Shown here: piece after piece, positions 50,801 to 60,161 of the stretch
Layout: the number at the start of each line of letters is the position of its first letter
Numbering within the stretch: position 1 is the first letter of the stretch
Source: Selaginella moellendorffii
Taxonomy: Eukaryota > Plantae > Lycopodiophyta
DNA: 64,000 nucleotides
Direction: 5' to 3'
Assembly: GCF_000143415.4 (NCBI RefSeq)
Contig: NW_003314303.1
Span: 434,460-498,459 of the forward strand
Notes under the pieces: model-generated
What the model saw: the letters and a program-made list of their open reading frames with translations, nothing else
The model's database searches: none
What the model was told of the DNA's origin: nothing
Program-made: the position numbers and the translations under genes

Positions 50801-51506
50801 TACTTCTCAGGAAGACTGACAGGAGAAACATGCAAAGCAAAAAGGAAAATAGGTTCTTCATGAAGGAGTTCTTTCATAGTGATTGTGGAGATAAGAGGAG
50901 GCATACGACTAAATGGAATGATGAGACGAGGATACTGTCTAGTGTAAGATGGAAGAGAGGAAAAAGAAGAGGGTGAAAACTTCATAGAGTCAGGAACAGA
51001 ACCCCAATTTGAGTTTAGGGAACTTTTCCTGATTCGGACTCAATGAACAGTAGGGAAAGCCGTGGGAGATGGTGATGTGGGAGAGATGAGCTGTAATTCC
51101 TTCCAACAGATTTGAGCTGATGTAGTTGGAACCAAGGAAGATCGAGCATCACAGAGGAGGACTTTCTGTTGATGATGTTGAAGGCGATATTGGTGACGGT
51201 GGACCCGATGTGTACTCGAACAGGAAACGTTTCCCTAAGTCCAAAAGATGGAGACACAAAATACCCGCCGATGCCTTCAACCCTCAGATCCCGTATGGTA
51301 GGAGAAAGAGGAACATGATGTCGGGTAGCAAAGTCCGTGTCCATGAAGCAGGAAGTTGCACCCGAGTTTAGTAGCGCCAGAGCCTTGAGTCCTAATTGTC
51401 CGGTGAAAGAAAGGAGATATGGGATGCGGAAGTTGCAGGAATTGGTGGTGGCTTTGATGAAAGGTGGTGAGGAGCTTGATAAAGAAAAGTGATTTTTATT
51501 CGGGGA

Positions 51507-51551
51507 GTCCAAACAGACAGTTCCTACTCTGTTTGGACAGGGTCGTTTCCC
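51507..51551 (-). other. -1 ribosomal frameshift signal between gag and protease of element A
   Basis: G GGA AAC at 51551-51545 in the gag frame, a 6-nt spacer, and a perfect 11-bp stem (51538-51528 / 51517-51507). The -1 frame is the protease ORF. Confidence 0.85.
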
Positions 51552-52581
51552 GACTGCAACAGAGGTGGACTTTGAGGCAGAGTGAACTTGAGCAGTCGGG
51601 GAGGCTTCTTGGGACACACAACTGCTTTGTGATTAGGATCAGCATAGTAAAGGCAAAGATTATGAGATATTCGATGTTGCTTCTCAGCAGGACTCAACTT
51701 CCCTCTAATGAGTCGGGGAGTACCAGAAATATCCATTGGGACCGGAGCAGTAGGTTCAAGAGTATGCCCCAAAGACTCAAGCTGGGATTCCTAAGTCTGG
51801 GACGGAAAAACAGCGGTGCGGTGACTTTCCTGACGATGTTCAAAGAGACGATTATCACATCAAACAACTTTGTTGATGGCGTCCGACAGGTCCTTGGGAT
51901 CCTCCATGGTGAGCAACAAATCCTTGACACCGTTGTTGAGGCCGAAACGAAATTGGTCAATCAGAGCCCACTCATCCCATTGAGTGTCCAAGGCAAGGAG
52001 TTGGAACTCTGCAGCGTAGATCGAGGTAGGACGAGACCCTTGAGAGAGATGTCTCATCTTTGTGGTAGCAGCCCGAACCCAATCCGTCTCGCCAAAACAT
52101 GCTTCAAGCTTCTTTTTGAACAATTGAAGATCCATTAGCTCCAGAACTAGGACCCCTTTCATGCTCTTCTCTAGAAGAGGAGAAAACCATGACAAAGCTA
52201 CACCTTTGAGCAACGTCCCAATCATGCCGATTTGAGACTCGGGAGTGGGGTACTGCCGATATTGAAGTGTGAAGATCAGCTCCATCTGGTTCAGGAATCC
52301 GCAAAGCTTCGAACGCTTGCCTGAAAATTTCGCTGGGAAACTCACCTTCAATTCAGGAACTTTGCTGGATTCTTGAGCCGAAAGTGAAGCAAGCTCCTGC
52401 TGCATGCAAAGAAGGGTCGCCTTCAGCTCGGTATTCTCAGACTGGATTTTTGCAAGGACTTCAGCAAAGAAATCAGGATGGCTCGGCAAGAAGAAAGAAA
52501 AAAGGGGGAAAAAAGGCAAAGGTAGTCAAACAATCAAAACAAGCTAAAGCAAAAATGGAAAAAACACAATCTGAATCAAAC

Positions 52582-52916
52582 TGTCAAGACCCCCAACAAG
52601 ATCAAGACTGGAAAATGCAAAAGATAAAGAGAAAAGTTAGTGGAAACAAAGAAAAACCCTTAGACTGGCGTTGATTCAGATTGTGGAGAAATGGAACAAG
52701 GCTAACCTATATATACTATAGGTTGATGAAGCTCCACCACTCTTGGATTGAGGATGGCCTAAATATAGCTGAGGTTGAGGAGGCGCCACATCATCATCAG
52801 GAATGTGGCTCGAGACTCAGGAATCGTACAGGAAATCAGAGAGTCAGGAATAGGGAAGTGTCTCGAGAGTTAGGAATATGGTTTGCAGGTCAGGAAGAAT
52901 TGGGGGATTCCTGATA
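52582..52916 (-). repeat. 5' LTR of element A with TATA box (52708-52715)
   Basis: Direct repeat of 40157-40491, upstream of gag on the minus strand. Confidence 0.95.
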
Positions 52917-54689
52917 GATATATACCATTAGTTCGATTACTTTACAGTGATTGCCACTTATCATTTTTTGGATGATGTTCAGCATTTACCTAAGTTTCTT
53001 AAATATCTCCAAAGAACAGCATTGCAATGGTACAATAGTTTGATTGTGCAGATTGGAACATTCTCCTAGACGTTTTAAAGTGTGCATTTGACATGTTGAC
53101 GATTATAATGATGCCTTTTAACAATTGCATCATTTTCATCAAAAGCTATCTAAGTTAATAATGCAATTTAGTGTTCACTTTTGGAGCCTTTTGTTTCATG
53201 TTAAGCCCAATATGTCAAAGTGCATTAAGTTGGGAATATTATGGCAACACTTTATCAAGATTTTATAAGTCTTGTGCATGCACTTACTTTAACCAACTTT
53301 GGCAATGCTTTTTTATTGACACAATATAATGAGACATCACTTCTTCCACTTTTCATTGCACATCCTTTAATTAAATTTTATATGGGAAATGATTTTATTT
53401 TGATGAATATTAATGTTGTTGTTACTTGTGTTCAAAAACAAAGGTAAGGATGTAATCATGGTTGTGATGTATGCTATTGGGTGTATGATGAGGTTGGCCA
53501 TATATATCAGTGTTGTTAGCATTTTTTAGATTGGCATCCTGCATTTTTTGGGTGAAAGTCTTAGTATCAACAATGTTTTATTGATGGTGTTATAGTGGAA
53601 AGTTTAGCCACTAAGATTCTTTTAGGAAACAAAGAATGACATGCTTAATAAAGAGTCTTTGCACAACTAAGTTAGTGACCCCTCCATCCTTCTTTTTGGA
53701 GTATCATTTAGTTTATCAAGTGTTTAATTTCCAAACTCATTTTTATAATAAGAGGTTTTCCTATTATTCTTTCTGTGTTAGTTGAGACAATCTCAAATTT
53801 ATCTTCTATTACTTGGGTTGTTGCCATATATTCCCATCTATATTTGTGTTATGGGGTAGAGCCATTTTTTATTTTTTATGACAATAGCCATACACACATA
53901 TGTGCACGGGATGAGATGGACTTAGTTGTGCATGTGGGCAATCTTAGGTTTAAACTTTAGTTGTTATAGGTGGTGCTAAATTAAGTTTTCGACCTCATCC
54001 TTGGTAAAAATTGTTGGAGTGCAATCATGCTAAGTGTGCTTTTGAGGCTTCTTCCTCTTGTCCCATACTTCTTTATATTTCTTCCATTCTTTTAACTTTT
54101 GTTCCTCTTTGTCCTTGTACTTTTGCATTTTCTTTCATCACTTTTGTCTCCCTATTACTTCCTCTTATGTTTTCATCTTGCTCTTTTATTGAATTTTCAA
54201 ATTTATTCAACAATCTTTATGTTGTAGCAATTGATTGGCTCATGAAAAAGTAGGTTGATCCTTTTGAATTTGACTTATCATTTGGGCAAAAGATTGCAAC
54301 ATGTCATCTTATTCTAATTGGGGATGCTAATCTATTCAAGGTTGTTATTTGTTATTAACTACCAAAGAAGATTAAAAGTTTATACACAAACATTAATAGG
54401 ACGTTGGAAAATGGTGTTATCCGAAAGTCGTAAAGTCCTTGGGCATGTGAACTTCATCTTGTCATAAAGATTGATGGGAGTACTCACTTTTGCATCAATT
54501 ATCTATTGTTAAATGAAGTGACTATCTTGAATAAATATCCTCTTCTTCACACTATTGATCTTTTAGATCATCTAGGGAGAAGTTGTTTGTTCATCAAATT
54601 AAATTTTTGTAAGGAACCAACTCCCCGAGATGTCGTAGGCTAAAGGATCCCTAAAAGCATGATCGAAAGGACAAAGAGTTCATCGGATA

Positions 54690-54960
54690 AGACCGAGTCG
54701 AAGATCGAGTCCAAGACCGACTCTGAGACCGAGTTCGAGATAGAGTCTGGGATCGAGTTGAGGCCGAATCGGAGACCGAGTTCAAGACCAAGTTCAAGAA
54801 AGAGTCCAAGATCCAAATCGGGTCCGAGACCAAGTCCGAGGTCGAGTCCGAAGTCGAGTCCGAGATCGGGTCCGAGATCGAGTCCGAAATCGAGTCCGAG
54901 ACTAAGTCCGAAGTCAGGTCCGAGATCGAGTCCGAGATCGATTATGAGACTAAGTCCAAA
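54690..54960. repeat. 12-bp minisatellite (gagtccgagatc-like) in the left LTR of C
   Basis: Visible 6/12-bp periodicity; a longer array occurs in the right LTR (~61030-61390). Confidence 0.9.
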
Positions 54961-57900
54961 TACTAATACAGCTCAAGGGGTGAAAGCCCAAAGCGTGCGT
55001 CTCCCAGGGGGGGGTTGCAGGGGGTTCCAAAAGTATAGTAGGGATAGTGAGGTCTAGAAACTAGTCTTGAAGGAACTCTCCAGTGGTGCTTCCAAACTGA
55101 CTCGAGGTTGAGACTGGGGCCGAGGGGCCTTGGGTGGGAGTGAGCATGGGCTTGGGTGGTGCCGGAGGGGCCACCCAGGGAAGTGCTCAAGAGCAGCTCC
55201 CACTCCCGAAAGGGAAACCGACTGCGGTGCTCCCGGCTCATGTGGAGTGGTGCCTCACTTGAGTACCTTGTGGTTCATTGGTCCTCACCCTTCCTAGGGG
55301 CTTGGGCCTTCCCTTCGGGATGGAAGTGGGGGGGTAGAGGTACCCATACCGGGCCGTTAGGCCACGGTGTTTCGCCCCGTCGTCCCGAAGCAAGTGCTGC
55401 ACCCAAGGCTTGGGATTTAGAGGGTCCCATGATCAAGTCTTGTTGTACTAAGGGGTGTTAGGAATCTGGAGGCTTGGTGTGCTTGGCTGCTTGTGTCTGC
55501 GGGGAGTGTAGCCAAACCTTAAGTCCAGTCTAACTCGGGGAGGGGGATTGGGAGAGATTTGGGAATCCGTGGATGGAAGGCTAACGCTCCGTTGCTCGTG
55601 TAGTGAGTAGCTGAAACCAAGTAGGACCAAGTAGGAGCTGGTACAATAGGCGAGAACCTTGGCGAGGGAACTTAGCACAAGTCAAGGCAGTGTTGATCGG
55701 ATAGACGAGGTAAGCTGGTAAATTGGAAAGGAAAAATTTGTGGCTTACAATTCTTCTTCAGTTCTAGTGAAGGATAGAGGCGGATTGCTGGGAGATGGCA
55801 AAGGCAGGGCGTAAGCGAACCCAGGCGGAGATGGAACCTCCGCCAGAGTTGGAGCCTCCGGTCGAACAAGAGGCTATGGATGAGGAATCCATGGATGAGG
55901 AGGACTCCAGTGAGGAAACTTCTAAACAGGAGTCCGGTGGCGAGGTTCGGTCGTCCAAGGCTCGATTGGACGTTCTAGAAGGACAATTGGCATAGACCAA
56001 TGCCCTGCTGGAGACTCTCGTACGCAAGCTAAAGCGTGACGAGAAGTAGAAGAAAAAGCAAAAGACTGCGGATGCTGGTAGCGCAGAAGGTGCGGACCTT
56101 TCTGTAGGGACTGAGGCAAGACCAGACAAGGTTGAACAAACCGAAGTGGAATCAGTTCCTCATGCAGTTCCCAAGTACAAACCAAAGCCCCCACCGATCT
56201 TCAAGGGAGTGAACGACTATAAGGTGGTGGAGGATTGGTTTTATGATATGGAGGAGTACTTCCGAGCGTTGTGGTTACCGAGCTCGGAGAAGGTCCCATG
56301 TGCGAAACCATATTTGGCAAATAATGCCAAGTCTTGGTGGAGAATGACAGAGGCCAACGAAGGACCGGTGGCCACTTGGGACATGATGAAGGCAAGGATC
56401 TGCGTGACTTACATTCCTCCGAATGCTACTCTGCATCTAAGGGACGAGTTGAGTAGGCTGAAGCAAACCGGAACCATTCAAGAGTATGTGAATGGGTTTA
56501 TGGCAAAGAGGATACTTGTCACAGATATGGGGGATATGGATGCGTTCTATGCCTTCATATCAGGTTTGCAAACCTGGGCTCGTGGTGAGGTGATGCGGTG
56601 GAACTCGACCAACTACATGGAAGCGTTGGATGCGGCTATCAAGGTGCATTTCAACGATAACCTGCGAAAGGGGAACACGACGGGGTTGGGGTCCACGTTT
56701 AGCAAAGGGGCCAAACCAAGGGGAACGTATAGCTGAGGGAAATTCAAGAAGAGTTTCTCTAAGAATGAGTCCTCGGGGTTCCGGAAAGGCAAATCTGGTG
56801 GCCAGCAAGCGAGTACATGGGGGAGTCAAGCAAAAAGAGACAAACCCACGGATAAGAAGGTCAAGTCATATAGTAGATGGGAAATAACATATGCTACAAC
56901 TGCGGTGAAGCGGGACACTTTTCGAGGGAATGTCCCTACCCGAAGAAGGCCAGAGCCAATATGGCTATCAAGTCGGGTGAAGTCCAAACTGAGGTATGTG
57001 ATCCAGTCCCTAATTCAAAGTTACTCATTACACGAGCAACTTTGGTAGAGAGTCATTCGCGACATCTACTAGCCCTCCGAGGGAAGCTTGGAGGTAGCTT
57101 TGTTAAGATCCTTATTGACACGGGTGCTTCGGATAATTTTGTGGCTGCAGACATAGTCCGGCAAGCTGGACTAATGGTGCAGTGGCTAGGCGAACCAAGG
57201 ACTATAGAGTTTGTTCAAGGTAGCCAAAACACCGATGAGGTACTTCGACAAGCGAGAGTCGAAGTAGGGACTTGGAAGGTGGACATGGATTTCACCGTGT
57301 TGGACATGGCAGGATTTGACGTGATCTTCGGAATGGATTGGTTCAATCGGTTCGTGGTAGCCTTGCATGGACAAGGTAGGAACCTTGTGGTACTGGCGAA
57401 TGCCCAAGGAAGAAGATCTAGGGTGGAGGCCCAGGATCTAAAGGTAGGGCAAAACAAGGCCAAAGATTCTTGCTTAAACCTGGTGTCCACGAAAGGACAA
57501 CTCACTAAAGGAAGCCTTTTTGTGCTTGCTCTCGGTGAAGAGTGACAAAAAGACAGGAACGGAAGAAGTACCTTTAGTGATTTAGCGGATGTTGGACCAA
57601 TTCCAGGATACCATGCCGGAGGAGCTACCGATAGGGTTGCCCCCCGCACGACCGATAGAACATAAGATTGAGTTGGTCGAGGGTGCTGAGGCGGTGGTTT
57701 GTCCCCCCTATCGTTTGAACGAAAAGGAACTCAAGGAGCTCAAGTGCCAACTAAAGGAGTTGGTGGACAAAGGGTATGTTAGGTTGAGCAAGTCGCTGTA
57801 TGGGGCGCTGGTGTTATTTGTGAAAAAGAAAGATGGATCTATGTGCATATGCATAGATTATCGGTTGCTCAACAAGTATACAAAGAAGAACAAATACCCT

Positions 57901-59644
57901 TTGCCCAGGATTGAGGACCTATTCGATAGGTTGGGAAAGGCAAAATACTTCCGAGGATTGACCCTACCAAATCAGGGTAGCCAAGGAAGATGTCGAGAAG
58001 ACAACCTGTCGAACGAGGTATGGGAGCTTTGAGTTTCTGGTGATGCCCTTCGGGCTATGCAATGCGCCGGCAACGTTTTCGGCGCTAATGAACCACATCT
58101 TTGTACCCTATCTGGATCACTTCGTGGTAGTCTATATCGACGACATCCTGATCTATAGCTAGACACTAGAGGAGCATGCCGAACACTTGGCGAAGTGTTT
58201 GAGAAACTAAGGGAACACAAGCTATATGCTAAAGAGAGCAAATGTGACTTTGCTCAACAAGAGGTAAAGTTTCTTAGGCATGTGGTGGGCCAGGATAGGC
58301 TCAAGGTGGACCCGGAGAAGGTCCAAGCGATCCAGGAATGGGAGCGACCATCGAATATACATGAGTTGAGGGTGTTCTTGGGGCTATGCAACTACTACCG
58401 AAAGTTTATCAAACACTATTCAAGAGTAGTCTTGCCCTTAACGGACCAAACAGGAAAAGGGAAGATGGTATGGACAGCGGAATGTGAGGCGGCATTCGTC
58501 CACCTCAAAGGGAAGTTGAGGAAGGCTCCCGTGTTGGCATTACTAGACTTTAGTAAGGACTTTGAGGTAGAAACGGATGCTTCGGACTTTGCATTGGGCG
58601 CAGTTTTGAAGCAAGACAACCATCCAGTAGCGTTCTTCTCGAAGAAGTTGGACAAGGCTCAATGGAAGTGGCCTGCCCACGACAAGGAATTGTTTGTGGT
58701 GGTCAAGGCGCTCAAGGAGTGGCGACACTACCTTGGGAGACACTTCAAGGTTTACACGGACAATGTGGCAACAAAACACTTCTTGTCACAGCCCGACTTA
58801 AGAGGGAAACAGGGTCAGCGGGCCAATGCCTTAGCTGAGTTTGATTGCGAGATCCTGTACAAGCCTGGGAAGAGCAATATCGTGGTGGATACGCTAAGTC
58901 GAAAAGTGAGCTTGAGGTTGGCAATATCCAGCGCGATAGCAACCTTTTGGGACGATGTGCGGACAGCATATGAGAATGATGGTCTAGCACAAGAAGTGTT
59001 GCTGAGGAATCTAGAGGCACGGGAAGCTCACCAGAGAGGTGAGCTGCCAACGGAAGAGAAAACGGGCTATGCAGAACGCAACGGACTCATCTATTACAAG
59101 CAAACGAGGGTGTATGTTTCAGAAGGGGAACTAAAGAAGGTAGCCTTAGAAGAGTGTCATGACGGACCTCTTGCGGGACACGGCAGAGTGCCCAAGACAA
59201 TGGGCTTACTTAAGAGGAAGTACCATTAGCCAGATATGGCTAAGGACGTCCAAGACTATGTAAAGACATGTCCAACATGTCAGCAGGTCAAAGCCGTGAC
59301 TAAGGTTAGTGGGGGCTTGTTGCAAAGCATCCCAATTCCAGATCGTCCGTGGAAATGTCTTATGATGGACTTCATCACGGGACTCCCCCCAAGCGGGGGG
59401 TTTGATGCGATATTTGTGGTGGTGGATCGATTTTCGAAAATGGCATATTTCATACCCACCACAACGGAAGTGGATGCGGAAGGTGTGGCAAAACTGTTCT
59501 TCAAACAAGTGGTTCGAGTGCGGGGAAGGCCGGAAGAGATCATCTCAGATCGAGATAAGATCTTCACTAGTAGGTTTTGGAGGACTCTCCTGGAACAGTA
59601 TCGCACCAAGTTGAAATTCAGCACAGCCTATCACCCACAGACAG

Positions 59645-59691
59645 GTATGGGGTATTAAGTCAAGTTTGATAGCACTAACACTTCTTGACAG
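59645..59691 (+). other. Putative spliceosomal intron 1 in the integrase of element C (47 bp)
   Basis: AG|GTATGG...CACTAAC...TTGACAG|; removal restores HPQTDGQxERVN. Confidence 0.8.
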
Positions 59692-60109
59692 ATGGACAAA
59701 TGGAAAGGGTGAATAGGCAGCTGGAGGATTATTTGCGATGCTATGTCTCGGGAGACGAGACCGATTGGGTAAGTCATTTGGGACTTGCGGAAATGTGTTA
59801 TAACAACTCACCACATTCGAGTATCGGGGTGAGTCCATGGGAAGTCATCAATGGGCGAGCTATTGAAGGTCCTGTGGAACTCGGCGTGGCCGAGTATCAT
59901 GGAGAGCTACCCGCAGTGGAGGCATTCACGGCGGAAAGACTCAGCATTTGGAATCTAGTGAGGGATTCCTTGGAACGGGCTCAACAAAGGCAAACCAAAT
60001 ACGCGAACTAGAAGCGTCGGGATGTAGAGTTCCAAGCTGGGGAGAAGGTGTGGCTGAACACCAAGAACCTCAGGCTACCAAGTGGGATCAGCCGAAAGTT
60101 GACCCAAAG

Positions 60110-60161
60110 GTAAAAATGCATGTATTCCTGTAAATGAATTGATCTTGAGTTCCTTAATCAG
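60110..60161 (+). other. Putative spliceosomal intron 2 in the integrase GPY/F region of element C (52 bp)
   Basis: AG|GTAAAA...CCTTAATCAG|G; removal restores RKLTQRFVGPYEI. Confidence 0.8.

Larger units (their letters stand above)
40157..52916 (-). mobile_element. Element A: Ty3/gypsy chromovirus (Tcn1/Tf1-sushi-like), degenerate gag-pol, TSD GATAT
   Basis: 335-bp LTRs at 40157-40491 and 52582-52916 (~18 differences by eye). TSD GATAT at 40152-40156 and 52917-52921. Order gag, protease, RT (YLDD), RNase H, integrase, chromodomain (YLVDWKGYGPEERTWEP), with stops and frameshifts. Confidence 0.95.

Noticed and set aside
54659-55057. SR-rich ORF (SPRSSPKS...) and its twin at 61132-61506
   Set aside because: Translation of the 12-bp LTR minisatellite, with no evidence it is a gene.
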